From Reclinomonas americana ATCC 50394 (lineage: Eukaryota): a stretch of DNA of 64,000 nt. Below the pieces are notes generated by a model. It did no database searches and was not told the origin of the DNA. It saw only the letters and a program-made list of their open reading frames with translations. The DNA is taken from positions 1 through 64,000 of the forward strand of contig PS015186.1 in assembly GCA_048213135.1 (NCBI GenBank). Direction: 5' to 3'. Positions 34,601-48,300 of this stretch are shown piece by piece. A program made the translations under genes and the position numbers. How positions within the stretch are numbered: the first letter of the stretch is position 1; each line of letters begins with the position of its first letter.

Positions 34601-36598
34601 CGCAACCGCATGCTCAAGTACACGCCGGAGCACATGCACTGTGTGGCCACGTTGTATGCGCCAGCGACGCCTCCCAACACGGGTCTGATGGCGTTCCAGT
34701 CGGTGGCCAATGATCTTGTTGCGTATGGGAAGCGGAGGGAGAAGTGCTGCAGATTCTTCCACTCATTCCTCTCCCTTGACAGGCACACTTCCGTGTCAGC
34801 GCCACTGGCGTCGTCCTGGAGCTGGATCAGAGTTTCACCGTGGTGAAGAAACTCAAGCTGGTCGGCTACCCCTACAAGATCATGCGCAACACGGCCTTCA
34901 TTCGCGGTACGTGACGCTGTCAATGTCGATGTCCGTGGGTGATGTGTTTTCTGCTCTCTCAACTCTCACTCTGCGCAGACATGTTCACGAGCGACCTGGA
35001 GGTGGCCAAGTTCTCCGGCGCCTCCCTGCGCACTGTCAGTGGCATTCGCGGGCAGGTGAAGAAGCCGGCGAAGGGTGGCCAGCCAGGTTCCTACCGTGCG
35101 ACGTTTGAGGACAAGATTTTGATGAGCGGTGAGGAAGGGGAAGGGGAACAAAGGGGAAGAGAGAGGAGGAAGGAAGCGAGAGACGAGAGGAAGGATAGTA
35201 TGAGACGCAGGATAGTAACGGGGAAGGAAAGAGAAATGAGAGGAAGATGTTGTGTGAAAGAGATGAGATATGAATAAGGGAGAGAAGAGAGACACGAAAT
35301 AGGAGAGAGGAGGAGAAATGTGAGAGACTAAAGAGGAAGAAACAGACACGAGGGAGAAAGAATGTAAGCGAGAGACTGAGAAGATGACACGTAAGAGGGA
35401 GGGGAACACGAAAGAGGACGAGAGCTAAAGAGAAGTTGGAAATGGAGGGAGGGTACGAGGAGAAAGCGGAAGAAGAGAGGTGAGAGACACGAAGAAGAAG
35501 ACAGTCTTGTGAGAGAGAGTGAGAGACGAAGAAAGAGACGAAGAGGAAGAGAACCGTGTGTGTGTGAGAGAGAAAGAGAAGTCGGAGATGGAAGAATGAG
35601 AAGGATGCGAGAAACAAGGAGAGAGACGCAGAGATGAAAACAGTGACGACGAGGAAGAAAGAGACTAGAGGAAGACAAATCTTGTATGAGAGTGAGTGAG
35701 AGTCGACGAAAGATACGAAGAGGAAGAGAACCATCTGTGTGTGTGAGAGAGAAAGCGCGGAAGGGAGGTGCAGAATGAGGTAAATGACACTGGTCAGGTA
35801 GTTGTACGAAGAGCGGGATAAGATTGAACACTGGAAAGCAACAGCACCTCTCCTGCGAAGCAGTTACAAGAATGGAAAGGGGGGCACACAGAGGAAGAGA
35901 GAGGAGTTACTTTCGATGAATTGATCAAGGGCAACGAGTTGCTGAGTTATGCCTGTGCTCCTTTCTCTTGTTCCCTTCTCCCCTTTCCCCCTTTCCCCTT
36001 TCCTTCCCCCTCAACCACAGACATTGTGTTCATCCGCACGTGGTACCCCGTCAAGATCCCGCGCTTCTACAACCCCATCCACTCGCTGCTGACGGGCGCC
36101 AAGAAGGACTTCCCGCACATGCGACCACTGCGCGAGCTGCGCATCGCGTACGACCTGAAGACGCCGGTCAACCCAGACTCGCTGTACAAGCCGGTTGAGC
36201 GCGTGGCACGCAAGTTTAACACGCTGAAGATTCCGCGACAGCTGCAGGCGCAGCTGCCGTTCAAGTCCAAGCCGAAGCAGATGGAGGCGCGCAAGTCCAC
36301 CAGCAAGACGCTAGTGCAGAAGCGTGCCGTCATTCTCGAACCGGAGGAGCGCAAGGCGCTGTCGTTCCTCAATCGTGTCAACACGGTACGCAACGAGCGC
36401 CTCCAGAAGCGCTTCGACAAGAGGAAGGAGCGCAAACAGGCGCACGGCAAGAAGAGGGCGCGCGAGGACGAGCGACTGCATCGCGTGCATCAGGAGCGCG
36501 TCAAGGCCGCCATGGTTGCCAAGGCACGCAAGGCAGCGGACACTGGCGGCGGGCCGGCGCGGAAGCGACGCAAGACCAACGATGGAGATTCCGACTGA
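28132..36598 (+). CDS. BMS1: Ribosome biogenesis GTPase BMS1 (three assembly gaps, apparently intronic)
   Basis: HNPK|AFA; HVPLIDR; P-loop [104 protein letters not shown]. Confidence 0.97.
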
Positions 36599-36871
36599 CA
36601 ATGTACACACACATGATTGACGTGCTGATGGACGACAAACACTCGCGATACACAAACAACTCATAATTTTCCGTCAAAGCGACAAGGGGGGGAAGGAGAA
36701 AAGAAAGAGAGAGAACGAGAGAGAGACAAAGAAAGGCATTATAAAGAAAATGACACACAATAAAAGAAAGAGGGGGCGAATAGATAGAAAAGAGCTGGCC
36801 AGTGACGGCCTGAAAAACACACACACACACAAATAACGATAGATCTCTACAAGCAACTATGCGGCAAATCA

Positions 36872-39062
36872 TTAGTCCTCCTCGCCATAACAGACAAACT
36901 GCGTGAACGCGTCGACAAACGCCGACAGCTCCTCCGGAGCCATGAGGGCACGGATCGTAAAACGATGCCGTGCATTGGCCACTGCACGTCGCGTGCCTTG
37001 ATCACTCGACGACGCCATCATTCCCAGGCTCTGCTGCTGCTCGCCAGCGCGGCGTGCAGCGTGCGCCACTCGAGCCGCCGTGCTTCCCGTGCTCGACTTT
37101 TTGTGGCCTCCACTGCTGCCGCCGCTGCTACTGCCACCAGCGCCAGCACTGCCGCCAACAGGAGGAGCAAGACCACTGCCGCCCGAGTGACCGCCAGCAG
37201 ACACACCGCTGTTGCCGGCACTTGCCATGGCCTGCCGCGCAGCCGCATTGCCGGCCGCAGCAGCACTCAGCAGCCCTGACTGTGTCGGCATGCTGTTGCT
37301 GTTGGTGTTGCTCATGGACGAGGTTGTCGACGTGGTGGTCGTGGTGGTGGTGGTGGTGGCGGAGGCGATCGAGGCCGCAGAGGCTGCCGCCGACGCGCCA
37401 GTGGGAGCACTCATGTTGGAAATCGAATTGCGACGATGCGGCTGCGACAGGCCGCCAATGGCACCGAATCGGGAGGCTGAGCGTCCACCGAGTGGACCCA
37501 ACGAAGGCGAGGTGCCCGCACTGAGTGGCGGAGGCATCGAGTGACCCGGCGGGAGGAACGACGAGTGCACGGCAGGCGAGGTCATTGAGAAGTTCTCCGT
37601 GCCCAGCATGTCGTCGTAGTGCGGCACGCCAGTGTCGTAGGTGCCGGCACTCAACGAGAAGGAATGCAGCGCACCTGGGCCGGCCTCCGGCAGGCCCTGA
37701 ATCAGTGGACTGACACGCGACAGCAACTCCAGCGAGCTCTCCGGCTCGTGATCGCCGAGAACCGACAGAAGCTGCGGCGATCGTGACAGCAGATTCGGCG
37801 TCGAGTGCAACAGTGGCGACGAAGCTGCAGGCAATCGGAGGAATGAGCGCAACACTGCAACAATCCACGCACTGTGTTGTGAAACACAAATGACTCACCA
37901 AACGAGCCCGGGTGATAGTGCCGCGATCCGCCGAGTTGCGACATCATGCTGCCGGGCATGCTGCGCGAGCCACCGAGGATGGAGGCCGTCAGGTCGGGCG
38001 ACGGTGGCACAAACTGACCCTTGTTTCCGCGCGTCGCCGCCATGTCCACATCCATGCCGTCGCCTCGATCACCGCCACCTGAACCGGAACCGCCGCCCGA
38101 GTGACCTGATGCCGCCGCCGCAGCCGCCGCAGCCGCAGCTGCACTCGAGCCAAGTGGCAATGGTGGGTGCATGCTCCCGCCATCGGCACCATTCTCCGAC
38201 GAAGACGACGACGACCCACCTCCCCCATGTCTGTAGGCGCCCCCCGACGACGAAGACGACGACGATGACGACGACGAAGACGATCCGCCCGACGATCCCG
38301 ACTGACCACCGCCCGACGAAGACTGTCCGCCCGATGCCGACGACGGAGGCAGTGGTTGCAAGCCAGCCAAGTCACCCTGCGCAGCTGCTCGAGCAGCCGC
38401 CAACAGCGGTGACGAGTAGGCATTGGCGTCGGAGAGACCCATCAGCGTCGGCGATGAGCGGGGCTGTGCCGCGAGGGAAAAAAAAAAAAGACATGCAGCC
38501 GACGAGTGAGACAATTCGTCGCCGCATTCTCACATATAAGACGCACGCGTACCAAGCGCGGTGTAACAGCAGGTGGTGGAAGCATGGCGCCGACGGGTTT
38601 GCCGTTGGTCGGCGTGTCGTCGTCGGATGAACCATCGCCGTCTGCGGAGACATGAGCAATGATGTCTCTCAACCAATCGAGTACAAAACACACAAAACAC
38701 GCTCACCTCCTCGACCCGTCCGTCGCCGCGCGGCTGTGGGGCACTCGCACAAGTCGACCAAGTCGCGCGCCGAGTGGAAGCAGTTGGGGCACACGTCAAA
38801 GTTCTCACACACTTTGCATCCAAAGTGCAAGTTGAAGATCTCGGCGTTGCAGACGTCGCAGTAAAAGGTCTCTTGCGAGGCGTCGACGTCCAGGATGTGC
38901 AGGTCGCTGAGAGGGGAAGGAGAAGGGAAAGGGAAGGGGGATGTGGGTGAGAAGGGGGGCGGGAGGAGAAGGGGGAAGGAGAAGGGGGAAAGGGGAGGAA
39001 CGGGGAGGAAGGGAGGAAAGGGAGGAAGGGAGGAGAGGAGGAGAGGAGAGAGGAGAGAGGAG

Positions 39063-39116
<54 letters not shown>

Positions 39117-39868
39117 GAGAGAGAGAGAGAGAGAGGAGAGAGGNNNNNNNNNNNNNNNNNNNNNNNNNNNNNNNNNNNNNNNNNNNNNNNNNNNNNNNNN
39201 NNNNNNNNNNNNNNNNNNNNNNNNNNNNNNNNNNNNNNNNNNNNNNNNNNNNNNNNNNNNNNNNNNNNNNNNNNNNNNNNNNNNNNNNNNNNNNNNNNNN
39301 NNNNNNNNNNNNNNNNNNNNNNNNNNNNNNNNNNNNNNNNNNNNNNNNNNNNNNNNNNNNNNNNNNNNNNNNNNNNNNNNNNNNNNNNNNNNNNNNNNNN
39401 NNNNNNNNNNNNNNNNNNNNNNNNNNNNNNNNNNNNNNNNNNNNNNNNNNNNNNNNNNNNNNNNNNNNNNNNNNNNNNNNNNNNNNNNNNNNNNNNNNNN
39501 NNNNNNNNNNNNNNNNNNNNNNNNNNNNNNNNNNNNNNNNNNNNNNNNNNNNNNNNNNNNNNNNNNNNNNNNNNNNNNNNNNNNNNNNNNNNNNNNNNNN
39601 NNNNNNNNNNNNNNNNNNNNNNNNNNNNNNNNNNNNNNNNNNNNNNNNNNNNNNNNNNNNNNNNNNNNNNNNNNNNNNNNNNNNNNNNNNNNNNNNNNNN
39701 NNNNNNNNNNNNNNNNNNNNNNNNNNNNNNNNNNNNNNNNNNNNNNNNNNNNNNNNNNNNNNNNNNNNNNNNNNNNNNNNNNNNNNNNNNNNNNNNNNNN
39801 NNNNNNNNNNNNNNNNNNNNNNNNNNNNGACGACGAGTAGTAGTAGTAGTAGTAGAGTAGTACGTACG

Positions 39869-39938
<70 letters not shown>

Positions 39939-40700
39939 ACGGTTACAAACCGTTGATGATATTCAATGGCGCGTCTCCGGAACTGTGCAGCAAGGTGCTG
40001 GCCCTGCTTCACAATCTTGCCACGCCCGCTGGTAAAGACGCTGAGGAAGGTCGTCGAGTCCGCATCCGATGCGTACGTGGTGGTCAGTAATCGGCGAGCA
40101 TTGGCACTCTCGTCTGCAGAAGAAGACGCGGGGTGAGCGGGATAGCAATTCGGGAAAACAAACTGTTGCGACTCTCGCTCACCAATCTCCGCATCCGAGA
40201 AACGCACAGCGCCACTGCCGACCTCGCTGAATAACCGGAACACAAAAGGCAACAGCTCGCGGGCGGCCTTGAGATCGCGGTGCTCATACGCATCGCGAGC
40301 ACGCAGAATAGTGAGCCGCTTGGCCGGCACCACACACCGGATACTCTCCTTGCGGTTCTCCTCCATCGCCCGCCACACGTCCGCCCACTGATACGGCGAC
40401 ACAAAGTTCCACGGTGTGGCAATCGTCACATCCATGTGCCACATTTCGTGGTACACGCCTTGCGGGATAATGGCCACGTCGCCGGTCGTCAGGTCGATCT
40501 CCACGGGGTGCGCGCGGTCCACCAGTTGTCGCGCGAGGGCCTCGGGGAGCTGTGAGGGGGAGTGAGCATCAAAGAGGAACGGGGGAGGAAGGGGAAGAAG
40601 GGGGAAAGAAGGGGAGGGAGGAGAGGAAAGGAGGGAGAAATGGGGAAGGAGCACGGGGAAAAGGAGGTGCAAGACTTGCTGTTCACGAGAGGGCATGACA

Positions 40701-40736
<36 letters not shown>

Positions 40737-43700
40737 AAGAGGAGGGGGACAGAGCTGACTGCAACAAACAAGGTGAATAGAGACTTGATATCAGCGCCAT
40801 GAGGAGCAACGAACACAGATCGACAGAGAGCCCTGCTTCACGCCCCGAGCTTCACACGCAACATCATCGAGTACTGGCACTGGATAACCGGCACGGAAGG
40901 GATCGTCCGAGTCACTGAGGCCCAGCATGTCACGCACGACTCCCTGCTCGTGAGCCTGGAAGAAGCGCAGTCGAATGTTGCCTGTGCCGGGGTGGGGAAA
41001 GGGTGAGCGGAGCTGACAACAAGTGAAAACCAAACTGACTGGCTCACAGAGGAAGAAGCGAGTTGGGAAGGAGAGAGAGTGTGAGCGCATGAGAGAGAGA
41101 GAGAGAGAGAGAGAGTACGGAAGGAAGGGAGAGGCGAGAGAAGGCGAGGACGGTAAAGGGATGGAGAATGCGCGAAACAGCCAGGGAGAGAGAGAGAGAG
41201 AGAAAGAGAGAGAACGAAACAGATAAAACAAAGGAACGGAGCACGAATAAAGAAATAGGGCGAGAGCCATGACTGGCGTGAAAAGCGAGGGAGATATACA
41301 AGGGAAAGCTGCTCAGCAGATGAAAGGTGCGCACTTCGCATATGCTTGTGCGTGCGAGACGGAGTGCAGCAGAACTGTGACTATGTATTTGACAGCGTAT
41401 GAACGCACACGTATAAGTCTCTCTCAGTGTGTGTATGTTATGTATGTATGTGTGTGTGCGCGCGCGCGCGTATGTGTGTGCGTCTGTGCGTGTGCAAATT
41501 TCTTTCTTTCTCTCACGCACAGTGACACTCAGTCTCCCACCCTTAACATTCCCTCTCCCTCCCGTCCCTCCCCTGTCCTTTCCTCTCCCTATACCTCATT
41601 CCTCCCTCCCCTTTTCCCCCTCCCTTTCTACACCCACTCACCCGAGATCACAGGCACCACCGTGGCCGCCATTCGCTGACCGGCCGCGTGCAACAACGAC
41701 CCACAGCCGGCGGGACTGCACACCAGTCGCGGACCAAAGCCCTCCGGCAGATTCGTGTTGATGTACTGCAGCATGCAGTTCTTCATGCCCGGATTGAGAT
41801 CAATCGGGCTGTCAGAGCTGACGCGCTTGTGTAGTGGGGTGCACGAGTCCTTCAGAGGCAAATGTGGCAAGATGTAGAACTTGGTAATGTCGAGACCGCG
41901 TGGTCGTGGTGCGCCAGGAATGGGCACGCGTGATGCCGCATCGTCGCCAATGTTGGTGCTGCGCGGTGGCGAGAGGAACAAAGTGTGTGAGAAAGAAGCA
42001 AAGGGGGGATGATGCCGCGCAAATAAAGACACTCACCGGAAGGGATTTGTTGGTCGTCTCAGCCGTCGTCCTGCACTGCCGTCGTTCCTCAACGCCAGCA
42101 GCACATTGGCTGTCTGCGACGAGGTCGGCGACATTGGTGATTGTGGGACGCCACGAGAACTGTGGTACACGGGTGTGAGCGACAAGTCCTTCCCCCATTA
42201 TGACGTGCGCAGAAACACACCCGCTCGATGGGGGGAAGGGTGAGGCGGTGCCCGGCGGCGGCGTGTTCAACGAGGACACCAAGAGCATCGGTGCTGATGG
42301 TGTGCCTGCAGCGATTTTAACAAGCACACACACAATCAGTACAGCATATGACACACACGCTCTTCACGTTGTGTCCCTCAACGGTGCGCACCAGGCAGGT
42401 TAGTGTTCGGAAGATGTATTCGCAGCTCTCGCTTGTGCGCCATGGGGGATGCTACGCGATTTGCATCGGACGCGGAAGAAACAAAAGAACATACACACAC
42501 ACAAACTCGTCAACAATGAGAGAGAGGTCGACTGGAGAGGGAGAGGCAGAGAATGGTGCATGCATGCGGCGAACACTATCGAGAAACAACACACATCATC
42601 TACATCGTTACTCGCAATGCACGCACCTGTACCACCGCCTACTCCCGCATCCCCAACGTCCGTCGAGGCTGCATGAGGCTGCTGGGGGCATGCAAGTCAG
42701 CGAAAACCATACTTGCACGAGCGCGCTCACTCTCTCACTCTCTCCCTCACCATGCGGCCGGCCACATCCTCGGCAAGCGACTCGGTGGATTCGGAGGCCC
42801 NNNNNNNNNNNNNNNNNNNNGAGAGAGAGAGAGAGAGAGAGCATGTGTCATAGATTCTGTGTTGCGTCAATCACCTGTCCAACTGCTGCTGCTGGCGAAT
42901 CGTGTGTGCCTGCACGTACTCGGCGTACTCGCGGAACTTACACCTCACCGAGCCCACCACCTGACCCGACGCGTCCTGCTCCAGCACCGACACGTGGTGG
43001 TCGCCGACTTGTCTCACCAACTCCTCCCACGTGACAGTCTTGGCCAGCGACAGCGCACCACCACGAATCACAATCACGGAGAGATCGGCAAGCGGTTTGA
43101 AAATGGCCTGCAGTGCAACAGAAATGCCATGAGCGAGAGGCAAATCAGCAGATAATAGATACCGGGGGGAAACTCACATCATCCATCAGTGGCCATCCGT
43201 CGCGGTATTCAACGTACGGCAGCTCCGAATGACGCGTCTTGGTCGTCGGCAGCGTAAACGAGGCGGCCGGCGAGAAGAATCGCTCGTGATTGGCCGAGCC
43301 CGCAAACGAGAGGCGACCTGTGTGTGTGTGTGTGTGCACGCACGCAATGTATGATGAGTTCACAGACACCAACGCCACCAAGTGGCCGAACACAGACGCA
43401 CATCTGCCACTCTCATCACCGCTGTCGTCCGAGTCACCGCCGTCGCCTCGACCACGTCGTGATGCAGAGGCTGCTTGGCCTCCTGCCGACGAGCCACTCT
43501 GCTGCGATGAGGGGGTGCCGGCGGTGCCACGCCTCCTGGTTCCCACTGGACCGAGTGTGGGCGTGCCGGAGCCAGGCTCACCATTGTGCACTGGCGTCAG
43601 TGATTCCGGCGTGTTACCATCGTCACCATCGCCCCTGCGCGACACCATGTGTGAGAACTTGTGGGTGGCAATAACGCTTGGGAAGAAGACGAACCTTCTC

Positions 43701-45017
43701 CTGCGGCGCTTGACACTTGGCGCCTCCGAGTCCGACACGGGCGAGTCGCTGGCGGCCAGCGATGGTGAGCTAGCATGACGGCCGCCCGAGGCCGACATCT
43801 CCGAGGCGGCGCGCTTGCGTTGGTGTGCGGCGGCCACCACCGAGCCCTTTACGGTGCCGCGGCGGGAGCGCCCGGATTGAGACGAGTCCTGTGGGAGGGG
43901 AAGAGGGGAGGAGGGATAGTGAGGAAAAGGGAAAAGGGGGAGGGAGGGGAAGGGGGAAAGCGGGAAGGGGAAGGGGGAAAGGGGGAAGGGGAAATGGGAT
44001 GAGAAAAAAGGAAGGGGGACAAAAGTGGGAATTGATGATTCACCAAATAAACAGAAAGCAATACAAGGAGAGCATGACCAACGCGCACAAGAGAAAGCAC
44101 GCGCGGTAGAGGGAGAGGAGTAAGAACAGACAAGAGGAAAGTGCCAAAACAGACTGGAAGAATGCGTTGTACAATTGTAGAATCAACCGCAACGACCATC
44201 CAAAACAAGAGCAATCTCTCAACCATATTACTGACCCTATCAAGTCCCTCCATGGAAGACATGTTCTCCGACGACTGCAAAAACAGCGACTAAGAAGATG
44301 AGTTTTGCTGCCAACTACACACGAGCGAGACAAATGAGTTGTAGACACACCGACATGGCACTATGAAGGGGTGCTTTGGGAGGTCGTGAGGCGGTGGGCA
44401 TGGTGCTCACTGCACCGGCCGCGCTGACCGCAGGTGTTGGCACCGCCATGACCGACATTTGTGGTGTAGAGGTGGGTGGCGGCAGCGACATGGGTGCGGC
44501 GGCGGCCGCGGCCGCGGCTGCTGCCGCCTGAGCGGCTGCGACGGAAGCAGCGTGTGCGGCGGCGATCGAGGCCGCCGTTTTCACACCAGGGGAGCGCTTG
44601 CCGACGGCGATTTTGCCGCCGGCGTGTTGGAACTGCGGAGGGGGGAAAAGGGGCAATGAGGGAAAAATATGGAGAAGGAGATAAATGGGGAGAGGGGGGA
44701 AGGGGATAAATGGGGAGAAGGGGAAGAGAGAAGAAAGGACGGCAAGACTAGCAATAAACGGCAAGGGGGCGAGAAGAGAGGGCACAATGAGAAGGCTAAG
44801 AATGAGTGAGAGATGAAAGGAGCAACAGCGAGAGGGATCACAAGGAGAATAAGAAAAAGAAAGAGAGATTGAATCTGGAGCGACGGACACATGCACAGAG
44901 AGAGACAGAGAGAGAGATGAAGGGAGCAACTATGACAGCGAAGCACAAGGAGCAGAAGAGAAGAAGTGAAAGAGAGGGATACAAAGACTGCAGCTACCAC
45001 ACATATAGAGAGAGAAA

Positions 45018-45055
<38 letters not shown>

Positions 45056-47015
45056 GCGCAACAGAGCGCGTTTCCCAAACACACAACAACACAGCTCATC
45101 ACCCAATCGTCCACTCTTTTCTCCCGCCTCCTCACCTTCTTCGTGGCTGGCTGATCGAGGAACTCGCGCAGCACATAGTAGCCCTCAGAGATGCGCACAA
45201 ATGGCGAACCTTGCTTCTTGACATGCTGCGAGAGCGTCGAGTTGAGCGTATTTTGCGGGGTGGCGCCGCTAAATTCGAATTCGCCACGCTCCACAATGCG
45301 CTCCAGCAACTGCGGCACCGACAAGGGTCCGCGCGCCTGTTTCAGCTCAAAAAATGCCTCGCCAATCCACTTTCCGCGAGCATATCTCGTCTCGTACTCG
45401 TCGGGCGAAACAATGGCCCCACCCGTGGCCTTCTTTCCCGGGTGGTGATGGTGGTGGTGGTGCGCCTGGTGGTGCGTCGAGCCGTGGTGCGACATGGAGA
45501 GACCGGAGGGTGGGGAGTTGCTGTCGTAGCCGCCTGTGCGAGAAAAAGGGGAAGAGGAAGGAGAAGAGTGAGTGACTGGAAAAGGAGAACGCGATGGTGA
45601 CAGCAAGAAGGGATGAGGCACACACAAAGAGATAAAAAGTACGAAAGCACGCATCATCTACACAGTAGTGCACATCAAGAAGAGCATAGTGAGCAAGGAA
45701 GACGAAGAGAAAAACAAGCGATTGATTAACTCTCTGGTGGAAACACGCACACATAGACAGAGAGGCACAAGAGAATACATGCAACATAGCATAAGAAACA
45801 GAGAAACCAAGCGACAGATCACCTATATTGCTTAAATTCCGCACACACAGATAGAGACACAACAGCGCATGCAGCTTCAGGTCTACATGGCAGCGCACAT
45901 CAACAAGAAGCAACGAGTCTACAGGTAGCAGCAGAGAAGAACAAGCAAAGGAGAAGAAGAAATAAACATAAAAATAAGCGACTATACTGCGAAGAATGCA
46001 TGCACAAAGAGGCACAGACAGAATGCATGCCACTTCCCATCTACATAGCAGCGCACAGCAACAAGCACGAGTCTACAGGAAGCAACACGACGAAGCGGCG
46101 AAGAAGAAGAAACAGAAAAAAAAAGAGACAGACCAACACAACTATATTGCGAAATACGCATGCAAGCAGACACACAGGAGAATGCATGCAACTGCACATC
46201 TACATAGCAGCGCACAGCAACAAGCAACGAGTCTACAGTAAGCAATACGACGAAGCGAAGAAGAAGAAGAAACAGAAAAAACAAGCGAATGATCATCTAT
46301 ATTGCGAAATACGCATGCAAGCAGACACACAAGAGAATGCATGACATCCCATCTACATAGCAGCGCACAGCAACGAGCAACGAGTCTACAGTGAGCAACG
46401 TCACAAAGCGGCGACAGAAAAACAGAAGAAACAAGCGAATGATCATCTAAATTGTGTGAAATACGCATGCACAAGAGAATGCATGCAACTGCATCTACAT
46501 AGCAGCGCCACACTCCACGCATCTACAGTAAGCAACACACACGCGCACAACACAGAGTGCAGTCAAATGACGACGACACAGTCAACTCACACACACGCAC
46601 AAACAAGACACATACACATACACACAGACAAAGTCACAGAGAGAGACACACACACAAACACACAGACAGTAACGAGCGTGTGCATATGAGAAGAGCGCAC
46701 ACACGAGATGGCGCGTGCGCTCTTCGTCGGCCATCTCTCACTTTTATCTCACGCACTTTCCACTGTCTGTGTGGGTCTCACATACCTGAGCCAAGTGGGG
46801 GCGAGGGCGCACGATCTGCCACTGCAATCGAGTGTGTTGCGGCTGCGGCGATGGCCGCCGCTGCACGTCGCTGACGAGCAGGCGCTGTTTGCACACACAC
46901 ACACAAAGACACACACAAACGTAAGAGAGAGCAAAGAGTAAATGTGTGCTTCTGTGTGCGACTTGCCTGAGCGAGAGGCGCCAGGTGGAACGTACTCGGT
47001 GTCTTGGTCGCTCAT
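36872..47015 (-). CDS. Chromatin protein: HARE-HTH, JmjC (KDM6-like layout) and ZZ-like zinc finger
   Basis: Start MSDQDTEYVPPG; HARE-HTH-like GPLSVPQLLERIVERG..FSGATPQNTLNSTL...SPFVRISEGYYVL (45170-45370); JmjC strands NCMLQYINTNLPEGFGPRLVCSPAGCGSLLH and GDVAIIPQGVYHEMWH...TPWNFV; CDVCNAEIFNLHFGCKVCENFDVCPNCF; long S/G/A-rich tail. Confidence 0.8.
45655..46535. repeat. Intronic tandem array of ~140-160-bp units (about 5-6 degenerate copies)
   Basis: Recurring catctacatagcagcgcacagcaacaagcaacgagtctacag...tatattgcgaaatacgcatgca. Confidence 0.85.
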
Positions 47016-47537
47016 TCACTCACACACGGAGTGATGGAAGAGTGGTGTGCTTTGCTTTTCCTTTTTTTCGGTCACGCACACGCACACAGACAGACACACA
47101 CACAAACGACGCACGCAGAGAGAGAGTGCGATCGGGACAGTTGCGTGCGCGCGAGTGGTGGACAGTGGTGGCGAATGTCCCGGAGCGGCACAACGACGGT
47201 TGCGGTGATTTCGCTCCAGTTAGCGATCCTGCGCTATGATGGTCAGCTAGTGAGAGAGAGAACCAGAAACGAAGGCATCACAGAAAAAGTACGAGATTTG
47301 TACAACGTCCACTCGCAGTTTTTGGTGCTCACTCGTGATCGCGAGTGATCATCATGCACTTGTGTTACTCTTAGGATTCTAAAGCTTGGCTCCTGTCGCA
47401 TTTATTGTTCTCGATTTGTTCGAATATCCGAATTATGCAACCTNNNNNNNNNNNNNNNNNNNNNNNNNNNNNNNNNNNNNNNNNNNNNNNNNNNNNNNNN
47501 NNNNNNNNNNNNNNNNNNNNNNNNNNNNNNNNNNNNN

Positions 47538-47655
47538 CAACAATTCATTCACCAACAAACAAGCAACAGCTGTCTTGATGACCAAGTTCAACCGTATCCA
47601 AAACATCAACACAGACACCAATATATCTTGAGGCAGCAGCAGGTTCCTTGTGTGT
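47538..47655 (-). repeat. Repeat family A copy, abutting a gap
   Basis: Reverse complement of 1-113 with small differences. Confidence 0.85.
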
Positions 47656-48196
47656 GTGTTCGCTCTCGGAGCTCCGAACAAGTCGAGAACTGCGATCTTC
47701 ACCGCATGAGCGTGGTTGACCAGTGGATTTGACGCACTTGCATAGACGCATAGCGTTTTCTGCGATCGTACACGGCACATCGAATTCGGGGAAAGGCCAT
47801 AAGCCAGGCAAACAAAGCAAAGCCGCTGCGGGTCCGGATCCGTGAAGCAGGCAAAGCAAAAACAGGGAGACGTCGTACGTTGGTGGCGCTTGTCAAGTTG
47901 TTGGTGAGGCTCATATCGGTGGTGGCTTGAGCAGGTGGTACGCGCAGTTGTTGTTGTTGTTGTTGTTGTCGCAGCAGTGATTTCAGCACTGTACATGTGA
48001 CAGCCACTGACCGGTGGCCGCACAGTGAGAAACAAGAGGACTGAGGGTTGAAGACGACGTTGACCACAGACACAATGTTGTTGTTGTCGTCGTCATTATG
48101 TAGAGTGATAGCGGTGGAGGGGAAGAACGTGCAAGACATGCTGGTTGCGTGAAAGCAGAGCCGGTGTCAGCAGTTACTGCCGTGCAGAGATGACGC

Positions 48197-48300
48197 GAAC
48201 ACCAACAAACAAGCAACAGCTGTCTTGATGACCAAGCTCAACCATATCCAAAACATCACCACAGATACCAGTCTTGAGGCAGCAGCAGGTTCCTTGTGTT
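48197..48300 (-). repeat. Repeat family A copy, more diverged
   Basis: Reverse complement of about 2-100. Confidence 0.85.

Noticed and set aside
47538-48300. TRIM/LTR element formed by two family A copies
   Set aside because: No TG..CA ends, primer-binding site, polypurine tract or target-site duplication evident, and the copies are diverged.
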